A stretch of 64,000 nucleotides of DNA from positions 1 through 64,000 of the IMG/VR virus record IMGVR_UViG_3300041964_000082; one strand, 5' to 3'. The stretch comes from a virus. Below the pieces are notes generated by a model, which searched no databases, was not told the DNA's origin, and saw nothing but the letters and a program-made list of their open reading frames with translations. This document shows, piece after piece, positions 1-12,402 of this stretch. The position numbers and the translations under genes were made by a program. The number at the start of each line of letters is the position of its first letter. Position 1 is the stretch's first letter.

Positions 1-1537
1 CCAAGATCTAGAACCGCGCATTCGACAGGTATCGCAGGCGGCAGAGTCGCTTGAGCTTCTGACAGCTCGACTCGATTCTAGTCGTGACAAGCTAGATGAT
101 CTGCTGCAACGCCTGAATGGACTGCCTACCAAAACTCAGATTTAACCGCAGAACAGCGCGATCGCTACGCTGCAATTAAACGCACCCGCAACGCTCAAGG
201 CAAGCTGCCGCAGCGGGTTGAGCAGTATCGACAGTTACGCGCTGAATTGAGTTCGCAGCTTGCCACCCGCGCTAACACCACACAGCAGCTATCCGACAAC
301 TACAGTACTCAGCGGCAGTCCGCGATCAACAACCTGCAAGCGATCGTTAGCCGCGATGTCGAAACCGTTCGCACTAATCTACAGATCCTTGCTTCTCTTC
401 GTCCCGGTTCAGTCGCTTGGCTGCTGGATAGCCGCAACTGGGAAGAAGGGGCGATGCCTTCAGATCTGGCGATCGTCTTGCAGCGCCAACCCGGAAAGAC
501 ACCAAATGAGCGCTTGCAGTCTGCCGCCAACGAAGTAGCAAAACTAGTAGGGACAGGTCAACGGGCGAATCCAGTCAATTCAAAAGCAGCTTGACTACCC
601 AGATCAGCTTGCACAGGCTACGACCGCTCAAGCCGCTGCCCAGATCGCTCAGTGGCAGCAGTTGCGCGATGAGTTGGCGGATGAGGGTAGGTTGAGCGAT
701 CGCCAAATTCAGCAACTCCTGAAACACCAGACGCATTCGAGCGATCGATGTGGCGCGATCGGGCAATCAGTTAATTGAAGATTTGGCAGAGTTCAACCAA
801 GACTTTGCCAACCTGCTTCTAACTGATGAAAATGTTGACCCACGCCAAATCATTGATCAGTCGGAACTGTACCGACGCGCTCGCGATGGCTTCGCTGAGG
901 AGACGCGCAGACCAAAGCAGCAATCGCTCGTGAATTGAAGAGCGCTTGCAATTGCCACGGCACTACAGCAGCGGAGTGAACGCGATCGAGGGGCAGCGTT
1001 AATCTATGAGGTCGATGGTCGCGCGATCAGCGTGTCAGACTTGCGATCGCAGCTAGAGCAATACAATCAGCAGTTGCGAGAATTCTTGCAGATTCCTCAA
1101 ATTGACGTAGCGGCAAGAGTGACGGCAGAAGAAGACGATCGCTTGCGTCGTCGGCAAAGTGAGGTAGAGAAATCTCAAGCGCAAATCGCACGACTTGGCA
1201 GCACTTCAGGGTGAGCTATCAGAAGTTAACTTGGAAATTCAAAAGCGAATTGAAGCAAGAGAACGCGACAAAAGCGAGGGATTGCAGTCGATCGACTGGA
1301 AGCAAGACGCAGACGAATCCTGAAAGACATCGAGAACGCAGGCAACCCGAATGGATGATACAGAGCGAATTGACGCAACCGAAGCAGAACCGCTACCCAA
1401 TGGCGGGAAGTATGCGGTTGTCCGGTATGAGGGCGCAGACGGGCTACCTGCTACCAAGGCGACGGCGACTAAGGCAGAAGATATTGAGTACAGTGCGACG
1501 ATCGCCCAATATCCCTAATTACGATGAGGATGGTTAA
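1..1537 (+). CDS. C-terminal part of a large Q/R/E-rich, probably virion-associated protein, split by frameshifts
   Basis: Successive protein-like + strand ORF fragments (247-594, 750-938, 1032-1214) upstream of tail genes; no recognisable motif. Confidence 0.3.
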
Positions 1538-2006
1538 TGGAAGAGGTGGATCTGATCGGCTGAGGACAGCGATCGAGACAGCGCTGAGAGATGAACTGGG
1601 GGTTTATGTCTTCCCTGGTGGTAGACCGCACCTGCGATCGTGCCTGAGCATGGGAACCGATAACAGTCCGATCGATGGGACTAAAGCGAGGGGCTAGAGT
1701 GTGTGCTTGTATTCCGTCCTGATGTGCCGCTGCGTCCCCTTGATGGGCAATGCTTTCGAGGGAAACCTACAAAGTTCAAATCCTGCTGAAACAGTGGAGT
1801 GCTGAGCAGAACACGCTAGGGGCGCTGTCGCGAATTCTAGAGACGATGATCCCGATGCCTGGATGGTCGGTACAAGTGGCAGCGTTCGGCGGCAGATCCC
1901 GATCGTAGAGCTTGGACTATCGAGATTTTATCGATGATTCTCACGCAAACTCTGCTGAGAGAAGCATAGGAACACTGCCCGCAGAACTAATTCTAAAGAC
2001 TCTGCA

Positions 2007-2705
2007 ATGGCTAAAACTCCTTTTTTCACAGGGAAGGGCGTAGAACTGTGGCTAGCTGCGCTTCCTGATGGTATTGAAACCGAGCCGATCGAATTTACGG
2101 CAACGGCATCCGCAGCAGCAAAAGGGGCAACCACAGTCACCATTACGCCCGCACTGCCTGCCGATAGCTTCGTGCCCAAAGACAGCTATATCAATGCCAT
2201 CAGCGCATTGGGTTATGAGGTTCTGGTGCAGCTTAATGCTGATGCTGAGGCTGGAGATACGACGCTAACGACCAAGCCACTACCGGAAGCGATCGTAGCG
2301 GGTTCGACGGTCGAATATCCGCTCAAGCTCCGCGCTCGTACCACTGCCGATCTCGATCGCTCTGGTAACCGAGTCACCACGGTTACATTTGATGACGATG
2401 CCTACGAAAGCGGTCGCACCACGACGATTTCGATCGGGCTGAACATGCAAGGCAACTGGTCGCCTCTCGATGCAGGCTACGCCACCTGCTGAACATTGGT
2501 TTAACGAGGGCTATCAGCAGCTTTATTTCTGGATGCAGTTGCCCAATCCACGTCCGACTGTTTACAGCAAGGGCAAGGTTTACAAGGGTACAGGGTCAAT
2601 CACCTCAATGCCGCTATCTGCTCCGGCTGATGGCATTATCACCGGAATATTGACGCTGCCTTTAACGGCAAGCCGACGATGGTTAACCCAACGCCGATCG
2701 TCTAA
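2007..2705 (+). CDS. Major tail (tube) protein, frameshifted
   Basis: ORFs 2007-2492 and 2470-2796 join into a beta-rich protein ending YKGTGSITSMPLSAPADGIITG, typical of tail-tube C-termini; lies upstream of chaperones and tape measure. Confidence 0.7.
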
Positions 2706-2905
2706 GGATGATTCGCTCATTGCAGTCGCGCGGTGTCTTTTGCTGTGGCTGTACGGTGCAGCCCGATGGTGTCCAGGTCGCGATCTATATGACTGATGGC
2801 AGTCAAACAGGAAATCGCGACTGGTAGACCTCGACACAAACGATCGCTACACCGTGCAGCTTCCTCGCATCACAGAAAGCCCAACTTACAAAATTCTCCT
2901 TCCCT

Positions 2906-3679
2906 ATGCCCCTGCCCTACAAAACGCTTAAGCCCGTTGAAACCGTCGAGTGGGCGGGTTCACAATTCGGAAGCGAGGCAGCTTGACCGTAGCCGAAGAA
3001 CACGCCATGCTGGGTTAGAACAACTCATCGAGAGGAATCCATAAAATCTGACTCCGTTGCAGTCAGATCTAGTGCTAAAACAGCGACGTGATCACTATCT
3101 TGATTCAGTCCAGACTTGATCGCGACTGGGATCTCTGCAAAAACACAGCTTCTGTTTGGCCTGTAGAATGGATGGAGAGACGGTAGAGATCTGAACCAGA
3201 CATGGAATGCTAGATGATCTGTTTGACTTCTTCATGGCTGAACAGCGGCGACACAAGTCGATCGAGGATTAGAGGCGGAACCGCAGTCGGCTAAAAAAAA
3301 GAAATAAATTGGGCAGAAACCTACTGGCGACTGAAGTTGGCATACCCAGTGAGAACGCTTTGGTGAGGAGAGGTTTGGGGATTGTTCGCTGATTGAGGTT
3401 GAAGACGCACTAAATGCACTCGATCGCAGAGATTTTGAAGCTGCCAACCGTGCCGCCATTCCGATCGCCTTCTGTTGGGCAAATGATGCTGCTAGCAAGG
3501 GAGTTAAAGAATTGATCAGACTGTTAATCCCTTACGCCAGCGTTCTCTACAGCGAAGAAGCCCGATCGATCATCGATCCAAAGGTTGCTCAAATTTGGCT
3601 GGATTTAGCCAATGAACAACGCATTCCGAGTTGGGCGATCGCTGAAATCGATATGAAACTGATTCGAGCCGCAGTATGA
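2906..3679 (+). CDS. Tail assembly chaperones G/GT with a probable programmed -1 frameshift (additional indels present)
   Basis: Position between tail tube and tape measure; A AAA AAG at 3295-3301 just before TAA 3305-3307; the -1 frame reads EINWAETYWRLKLAYP. Confidence 0.55.
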
Positions 3680-4049
3680 GCAGCTATAAACTCAGCTTAA
3701 ACATCACCGAGATCAACAAGCGGCAGAGCAGGCATTTGTTGACACTGCCTTTCAGTTTGGCGCTGCCATGACTCGCGTAATCTCAGAACCTCGATCGTGG
3801 GCAGGATGGGATGACACACGAGACATCGTTGACACTGGACAACTGCGATCGAGTCAGCAGATGGTCTTTAATAATCCTTTTGAAGCTGCCTACTCATGGC
3901 CTACAGAGTACGCCGCCTACGTTCACGAAGGCTACACACTGAGAAACGGCGAACGAGTTGCAGGGACGACCCTGGACAGTATAGCGCAGCAGGAATTCGA
4001 CATCCAAGAGGCGTATGCTGCGGCGTATCAGAAGTACATAAATGCGTAG
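3676..4049 (+). CDS. HK97 gp10-like tail completion/neck protein (frameshifted 5' end)
   Basis: DIVDTGQLRSS and EYAAYVHEG motifs characteristic of the family. Confidence 0.7.
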
Positions 4050-4138
4050 CCTCTTGTTTTCATCAAAACTTCACAGCCAAAGATTGCAGAATTTTATCTG
4101 GCGACAAGCATACTAAAGGGGTCGATTCCATCTTCCTC

Positions 4139-4609
4139 ATGAAAGCTCAAGCATCTGCGATCGCTGCCTTGGTTCTTTTGGCTGGGTGCGCTACTCAGTC
4201 CAAAGATCTGAGTGGACAGGTATTCTTTCCTAGCGCTCCGCCTGGATACGATGGACAGCCCTGCACCGCACCAACAGGTTATGACGATATCGAAGCGGGG
4301 TTACAGGTTGTCGTCAAAAATGCGGCGGGCGAAATCGTAGGCAGTGGAGCGCTTCAGGAAAGCACGGCAACAGCGAAAACTTTGAGTGAAGAGCAGCAAA
4401 GAGGATTGCAAGATCCACAGGTGGCAGCACATCTCGCAGGCAGAGTACCAATTACCTGTACCTTTCCTTTTGAGGTTGAAGGCATACCAAAATCAGACTT
4501 TTACACAGTTCAGGTAGGCAGTGGCGATCGCGGTTCTCTAACTTTTAACTTTGACGAACTTGAGCAGCAAGATTGGAAGGTTGTCTTAACGCTAGGTGAT
4601 GCGCCCTAG
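4139..4609 (+). CDS. Lipoprotein moron
   Basis: MKAQASAIAALVLLAGC: signal peptide with LAGC lipobox; inserted within the tail operon. Confidence 0.7.
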   Translation: MKAQASAIAALVLLAGCATQSKDLSGQVFFPSAPPGYDGQPCTAPTGYDDIEAGLQVVVKNAAGEIVGSGALQESTATAKTLSEEQQRGLQDPQVAAHLAGRVPITCTFPFEVEGIPKSDFYTVQVGSGDRGSLTFNFDELEQQDWKVVLTLGDAP

Positions 4610-4624
4610 CTCGATCGCTTTTAG

Positions 4625-4635
4625 GTAGGAATTCT
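4625..4635 (+). promoter_or_regulatory. Candidate late-gene promoter motif GTAGGAATTCT (identical copies at 10529-10539 and 13679-13689)
   Basis: Identical 11-mer about 24-27 nt upstream of three structural-gene starts. Confidence 0.55.
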
Positions 4636-4661
4636 AGCCACGAAGTCTTTAAGCAAAGCTC

Positions 4662-7600
4662 GTGGCAAGTCTCGGAACCCTCAATCTTGTTTTATCCGCA
4701 GACTCTAGTCCGCTACGCAAAGAGCTAAGCGGAGTCACACGCGAAGCCCAATTTGCCGCCAAAGCAATTCAAGGCATCTCCACAGGCGAAAGCTTTAGCG
4801 GTGCAGGGCTTCAGGTTCTAAGCTCGACCATCATTGGCCTAGTTGACGATACCCATCGGCTAGGCAATGAATTTAAGCTCACCACTTCACTAGTTGAAAA
4901 CCTAAAAAACGGGATAGGTGGTCTTGCCGCACTCCCGATTCCTGATTTTCAGGCAGAAGCTTTATCCTCACTGGGGCTAGGGCAGGTTTCTAGCAGTCTG
5001 GAAGTCCTCAGCCTTGCCTCTACAGGATTAAAGACACTGGCGATCGCTCAAGGGATCGCTCAAGGTGCGATTGTAGCTTTTAGCGGTGCGCTCGAAACAC
5101 TGAGAGTAAACCTCAAGTTAGTCAGCTACTTCTTTGAGGATATTGGCAATTCACTCAGGGCAGCAGGGGCAATGTTTGCGCCCCTGGTTGGCTTGATGGA
5201 TGGCGCTGGTCGCGCATTCGATCGACTGTCGGATGGGGCGGGCGACGTTAAAGGCAGAATGGATTCTGCCTGGGTTTCGGTTGGCAGCTTTGGGCAACAA
5301 CTCCAGAAATATATCGGAGCCGCCGAAAAATTCCAGTCGGCAATGGAAGATCTGGGCGAAGCTGCCATCCTATTTAATCAGTGGAAGAACCTTTCTGATA
5401 TCGTTGACGGTTTTTTTGGCGGGCTTCAAGAGAATTTTGACGCCGCTCGCAACTTTGAAACGCTAAATAATCGACTTGAACTTACCTCTACATCGGCGGG
5501 TGGAGCGAGAGAGGATCTAGCCTTCCTTCGGCAAACAGCAAAAGATTTAGGGCTAGACTTCAAGGCGGTTAGTGAGGGTTTCGCCCAATTCTCAACAGCA
5601 GCAAAACTAGCGGGCTACGACGCTAATCAGACCAAGCAAGTCTTCACAGACGTATCGCAAGCCGCCTCTGTGATGGGTCTGTCGGCTGAAGAGACCTCTG
5701 GAGTATTTCTAGCACTGCGGCAAAGTTTATCAGGTGGAACAGTTCAGCTAGAAGAATTAAACCAATTAGCTGAGCGTGTACCAGGTGCATTTGCTGCTGC
5801 TGCCCAAGCGCTAGGGGTAACGACAGGCGAGGTTAAAGGCTTGATTTCGGCGGGCAATGTTTCCTCAGCCGACTTTATTCCTAAATTTGCTGCTGCTCTT
5901 GCTTCTGTCACCGAGTCCGGCGTTACTGATGCGATGGGTTCTGGCACAGCAGCGGTCAATCGTTTTAATAACGCGCTGGGCGAAGTGTCGGTTTCACTTG
6001 GTAAAGATCTGCTGTCATTCGGTACGCCTGCAATCAATGCCTTTGCCAAAGTGCTTGAATTTGGCGCAGAAAATGCTGAATTGTTTGGAACTGCTGTCGA
6101 TGCATTCCTCGTTGCAGCAGCAATACGAGGTGCGGGTGCAGTAGGCAAGATGGGCACCGTGATTGCTAGCTTCGTCGCGCAAGGCGGCAAAGGCTCGATC
6201 GCAATGCAACTATTTGGGCAGCAAATCTCGCTTACGACTGCACAGATCGGAAACTGGCAGCGCAGGCTGGCTTAACTTTTGCTGCCCTAACTGTTTTCTA
6301 CAAAGTACTCGATCGCTTCAAGGATGGTGGCAGTGAAACCCAAAAGGCGGTCGACAGCCTCAACAATTCCTTGGTTGAACTGAATCAAGCTGCTGGCAAT
6401 ACTCCGTCACTTGCCGCGATCATCCCTGAAAATCCACCTTCAACTGATTTTCTCGATTCATTTGTCCACAAACTGAATGATGCCAACGCCGCAATCAATC
6501 GCTTGTTTGGACTGGATGAAGGCTTTGGCAGGCTGACCACCAATGCTGATAAACAGCTCAACGATCAGCTGATCAAGATCGGAGAATTCGGTCAAAAAGC
6601 ACAGGAGATTTTAGGACAATCGCTCAGCCTGCGTGAACAAAACAAAGGCGGTGACGGAGCGATCAACGAACTGAAGCAGCTAGACGCGATGCTTGCCCAA
6701 ATTGAGCAGCGCAAAGTCAACGTTGACCCTGCCAATGAGGACGCGATCGCTCAAATCCGACAAGAAGAGGAAGCGCTACTAAAGCGACGAGCAGACGCCC
6801 AAAAAGAGGTGCAAGCAACCCAAAGCGCCATCAACAACGCGCTGACGCAGGCACGGCAAGAGCTTCAGAATCTTGATCCTGCTCAGATGGGGCAAGAGGG
6901 ATACGATCGCGCTAAGGAGCAGATCGAGACTCAGATCACGCTGCTAGAGCGAGAGAAAACAGAACTCGATAAGGTTGCCAACGCTGCCACACAAACTGCT
7001 CAAGTTACGGCTGACGCTTTCAGCAAGTCGAATCACGAGATCGAAGCGGGCTACCAGCAGCGACAGGCAGCGATCGCAGAAGCGCTGGCAAGTGGAGAGA
7101 TCGACGAAGAGCAATCGAGAGAACGATCGCTTCAGGCTGAGCAAGAATACTTGCAGCAAAAGCTGGAACTAAACCGATCCCAGCTTGAAAAACTGCGGGC
7201 AGAACTAGAGAAAAACGCCAAGCTGCGGGCGATCGATCCTGCCGCTGCCACACTGACGGCAGATCAGGAAAAGCAGTACGCAGAACAGGTAAAGCAACTT
7301 GAACTGGAGACGGCGCAGACCCGCATTCAGATTGCCCAGAACACCCGCGAGGGCAAGCAGCAGGCACTAGAGGATGAGCTAAAAGGCATCGAGCAAGCCA
7401 ACAGCGAAGCAGAAGCCGCAGTCTCTAAAAGTCAGAACGATCGCACTGCCGCCATTCGTCAGCAGCAGCTAGCAGGTACGGTGGGAGAGGAGGAAGCCGC
7501 CGCTAAGATTGCCGAAATTCAGCGCGACTCGATCGCTGAGCAAATCGACCTTGAACGCGACAAGCTCGCTCAGCTTGCAGAACTTGAAGCCGCTGGCACA

Positions 7601-9834
7601 ATTCCAGCAGAAGAAGCCGCCAAGCGCCGGCTAGACATCCAAAGCGAAATCAGCGACCTCAGTCTGCAACAGATTGAGTCTGAGCTTGATGCCCGTCTGG
7701 AAGCAGAACGCAAAGCGGCAGACGAGGCAAAAGAACTGCGAGATTCTGTAAACGTCGATGCGACTCGCGAGACTACACAGGTACGAGTAAGGCAGGCAGG
7801 CGGCGAAATTAATGAGGCAGAAGCCGCAGCAGAAATCGCAGAAATTACCGCCAATGCCACCGCACGGCAGATTGAACTGGTAGAGCAGCGTTTAGGGCGT
7901 GGTGCGGCGTGGCAGTGATGAAGAAAAGGATTTAACCAGAGAACTTGCCGACTTACAGCAGCAGTCCGCAGAGCAGGAGATCGCCCGTCAAGAGCAGGTG
8001 AAGCAGGCGCGATTGGAGGCTCTTGAACGTGCCAACGAACAGGCTGAGCTGCGATCGATCAAGGAGAAACCGCTGAAATTACTGCTATTCGTGAACTGCA
8101 AGCCCAGAGGGTGATCAGTGCTGAGGAGGCAGAGACAAGAATTGCTGCTATGAGGCAGCGTACTGTAGCCCTTCAAGTTGCTCTTACCGAAAGCGAAATC
8201 GAACAAGTTCGACAGCTTCGAGCGGAAGGCGTTCTTAGTGAAGAAGAAGCGATCGAGCGTCTGTCAGACCTAAGTGGCGAACTTGGCGAACTAAATCAAC
8301 AGCGAGTTGAAAATGAAATCGACGCGCAAGAGCGATTAAAGCAGGCTCGATTGGAGGCAATGGAAAGCGCCAATCGCCAAGCAGAAGCGGCGATCGATCA
8401 GTCACAAACCACAGGGGTTACTGCAATCAAGAGCTTGCAGGCGCAGCGAATAATTTCAGAGGAAGAAGCCACCGAAGAAATCGCAGCGCTACAGCAAGAA
8501 GCACTCGATCAGCAGATTGCCCAAACTCAAGAGCAAATTGCAGAAATTCAGCAGCTTCGATCTGAAGGCATTCTCAGCGAAGAAGAAGCTACTGACAGAT
8601 GATCGACCTAAATGGAGAATTAGGCGATCTTAACGAGGAACGAATCGATGCAGAAATTGACTCTCAAGAGAGGCTAAGAGAGTCGCGAATAAAATCCCTT
8701 AATGAGGAGCTAGACTTCAAGCGCAAATCAGCAGAAGCAGATCAGGGACTCAACCAAATCGCGATCGACTCTATTAAAAATGAAAACAATCTTCTGTCTG
8801 CTCAAAGCAGTCTGCTTGAGGCTCAGTCGGGGCTAGCAGAGCAGCGACTTCAATACGCCCTTAGAAGACGCTGAAACGGCAGGCAATAGCGCTCAGCTGA
8901 TCAGATCAGACAGCAAATTCTCGCTCAACAAACCGTTGCCCAAGAGAAAGCAGTTTGCGATCGCTCGACAGCAGCTTGAACTCAAGCGCGAACAAGTCGC
9001 ACTGGAATCACAGCAGCGGCAGATTCAAGCTGATATTGCGATTACAGAGGCAGAAGTTGCGCTCTCTACAGCAGCAATCAATGGTGAAAATCAACAGGTG
9101 ATCGCAGGGTTAGAGCGAATTTTAGATCTGAGACGGCAGCAGCGAAAGGCAGTCAATGACCAGAACAGAGCGCAAGAGCGATCGCTTGAACTTGAGCAGC
9201 AAACGCTCACCACTCAACAGCAGCAAACGCGAGAACAGCAAGCACGGCAGCGGGCGCAGGCAAACAATAGAAACTCAGGCAGCGGCAGTGGTTCGGGTGG
9301 TCAATCAGGATCGGGATCAGGATCTTCTGGAGGCTCAAGGAGTTCTGGATCAAGCTTCGGATCGAGATCTGGACTTGCACCCAGCCGATCGCTTGTTAGT
9401 CGAGAGTCGCTGGTCGCTGCAATGGGTGCGGGAAGTATGCCAGCCAACTTTAGCTATGGCGGAATCGGTGGCAGTCAGATGCGGCAAGCGGAATGGCGCA
9501 CACCCGAATGGAGCGATGGGCGATCGACACCAGTGCAAAGTCCTGCTGCTTCGACAATGGCAGCATCTAGGCAGTCAAGTCCTTTGCAGTTGCAAGGGCT
9601 ATCACAGGCGGGCTTACAGCGCAATGCGCAAGCAAATCGCGCAGCTCAGCCACAGACTACAGGAACGCTAACAGCAGCCAATTCAATAGCGGAATTAATC
9701 AGCTATCGCAAAGGATCGTTCAGCTTGCGAATGCGCCAAGAGCGGTAACACTTCAAACACCCGAACCCGTTCGTGACTATCAGCGAATCTCCAGTGATTT
9801 AATGTCTTCTCGCGCTAGAGCAGCAGGAATATGA
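4662..9834 (+). CDS. Tape measure protein (several frameshifts)
   Basis: MASLGTLNLVLSAD start; tape-measure domain LRQSLSGGTVQLEELNQLAERVPGAF; long E/Q/A coiled-coil repeats across ORFs 4662-6275, 6371-7918, 8111-8602, 8599-8874, 8936-9748. Confidence 0.9.
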
Positions 9835-10282
9835 AACCAGGAACGATCGAACTCTACGCAGGCGGCATGATGCTCTTACTGGAACTATTCAGCGAGGGGA
9901 CTTTTCCACGCGAAGATCTTGAGGTTACAGGCGTCTCTTTTCCGCATATGGAACGCCTGCACAGATGGCACAACCTACCAGATGAGCATCTGGAATCTTA
10001 CGGTCTTTGCTAACCGACAAAGGATGCTGAAAAGCTAGCGAGAATGTATCGGCTCAGCAAAAGTCAAAATATTTTGATTGTCGATCGCACCGATCGCTAT
10101 TGGGAACCCACCCAAACAGAGCGATCGCGCCTGGAGATGTGGCAGTCGTAGAAGACGGAATGACAGGTTATTTTGCTCAGTTTTACGGGCGAATTACTCA
10201 GGCGATCAAGCAAGACAAAGAAGGTAGAATGCGGGCGATCCAGTTACAGCTAACCGAAACTGACAAAGTGCCGATCGCATGA
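9831..10282 (+). CDS. Putative distal-tail/minor tail protein (frameshifted)
   Basis: Coupled to the tape-measure stop; fragments 9831-10013 and 10100-10282; positional inference. Confidence 0.45.
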
Positions 10283-10518
10283 GCATGAGCGAAGATCTGC
10301 GACTACTAAAGCAATTAGACTTGTCGCTGGTACTCCGCGATGGGCGATGGTATTGCGGTCAATTTGGCGGCGACTTCGAGGGCGATGAAGGCTATTTAGA
10401 CGAACACGGAAGGATCGATGGGCTTCTATACAATGCCGGGGTAGCTGATACCATCCCTAAAGCGATCGCGCTTGCTGTTGTCGCTCGTCAAAGTGTGCGG
10501 CAGCGATCGAAGAATTGA
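10279..10518 (+). CDS. Hypothetical protein
   Basis: Intact 79-aa ORF overlapping the upstream stop (ATGA). Confidence 0.55.
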   Translation: MSMSEDLRLLKQLDLSLVLRDGRWYCGQFGGDFEGDEGYLDEHGRIDGLLYNAGVADTIPKAIALAVVARQSVRQRSKN

Positions 10519-10565
10519 AATTAAATCAGTAGGAATTCTCACGGCAGCAAACTCACCGCTGCCGC

Positions 10566-12400
10566 ATGACCGTCGATCGCAGTTCCCGCCCTTTCAAAAT
10601 CGTCGTTGCTGCGCCTGGTGAATCGATCGCGCAAGGGTTGGATGTAACCGCGATCGTTAAATCATTTAGCGGTAGCTGCAACCTACTCGACCAAAGTGGA
10701 ATTCAATCTTGGTCAGGCGATATTGTGCTTAATGCCTACTCACCAGGAATCTCGATCGAGTGCAACCCCAGGCGCGATCGAGTTCGTTGGGCGCGTGGCA
10801 ACCGTGTAGTGATTTGGCTGGCAAACAGTGTCGGGACGCTGGTTAGGTACAAAACGCTTCATATCCTGAAAGAACCGTTGCCGCCCACACCAAGAATTCG
10901 AGACGCTATCACCCTAGACATCGGTGATAAGCTTGCGCTCCTTGACTTTAGGCAACCACCGGGGGATGAGAGCGGCGTTGCACCCGGTACAACCAGCACT
11001 CGATCGGATGTCGTGGCATCGCTGTTACAGGCAGCAGGTGCAGGCAATCTCACCGGATCAATCCCTGGTGATGTCAACTGTCCTCTACAGAAATTAGGCA
11101 GTGAAGGTTTTATTCAGCAGGCAGGTCAAATCGCTTTTGCCGCTGGTAGGTACTTATGGTGTGATGCCACTGGAGATGTTCGCGCTTCGGCAATCCCTGA
11201 CGATGAAGATGCAACCGCGCATCGAGTAATAGCGATCGGGCAAGACGAACTTGGATATGAGGCGATCAGCAGTGAAGAAACACCTGCCGAAATTGTGCGC
11301 TGTACTGGCACTGAAAATGTCACCAAGTTTACGGACGACTACAACAAAAGCACTGTTGAAACGTGGGGGCCAGCGGCGATCGTCAGCCCCAACGCAGGCG
11401 GCATCACAATCTTTTCAGAGAAACGATCGAGGAATCTTGGGGGCCAAACTCACGAACCGTTCGCACTTATCGAGTGGAACCGCGCGGGCTTGTATTTCCT
11501 GATGTGCAGAGCAATCGGATTGCCTTAGTGCCCAGCCTCGATCAAGAGGAAACATTCGTCTACGAACCAGGGATAGAGGGCAAGCTACTAAGAATTGAGA
11601 GGCATATTCGCAAGCCCTATGGCGTGGCACTGCGTGAATATTACGCCACACAATCCGCGCAAGAGCAAGCGAACAATCGATCGAACATGATCGCGGCTGA
11701 ACGGGTGATTACAACTTTTGATTACAGCCTAGAACAGACGATCGGGATATTCAGTGACACCTCAGAACCACAGGGCGCGATTTTGCCTAACGAGGATTGG
11801 ACGTTTGGCAACCCTGCTTTTCTAGTGCCTTCTGCGGCTGAGAATCAAACCTGGAAAGAAGTTTACAAGGGTGAATGGAAATACACCAAATCGACCTATG
11901 AAGCAGTCGCGCGGGCATTTCCAGAAGTGATCGAGGCGATGCTGCCAGATACGCCGACAAGCGCCAAGCTGGGGATCTTGCTCACCGACAAGCAGACCGT
12001 AACCAGCAACTCAGGACAAGCGCAACCACCTGCACCCGAATCGACGTAAGCCCAAGACCACAACCGAAGAGAAACCGATCGAAGGCGTGTGCAGAATTCC
12101 GCTCTTATGCAGGGGCGAGAGTATCAGGAGAGGGAGCGCACCTATGACGTGCCTTACGCCGACCAAGAGGAGAGCTAAACGCCTGCTGCAAGGCGACTAG
12201 GCAAACTGCTGATCGGGCGGCATTTGGGCAAAATATCGAGTTCGCGCTGAGTGATTATTGGCTGAACGATCGACCGCCATTGCAGACGATATCCGTGACT
12301 GAACCTGACGGTCGTGAGTATAAATTCTTGCTGAATAACATTTTGATCGCGTTTGATAATCGCAACTGTTTTTAGGTGGCGACGGGCATTGGTTAGGGGA
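10566..12400 (+). CDS. Tail hub/baseplate-like protein (frameshifted; may continue into the GHG-repeat protein)
   Basis: ORFs 10566-11528 and 11363-12049; GRYLWCDATGDVR resembles tail-hub segments; position after tape measure. Confidence 0.55.
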
Positions 12401-12402
12401 GA

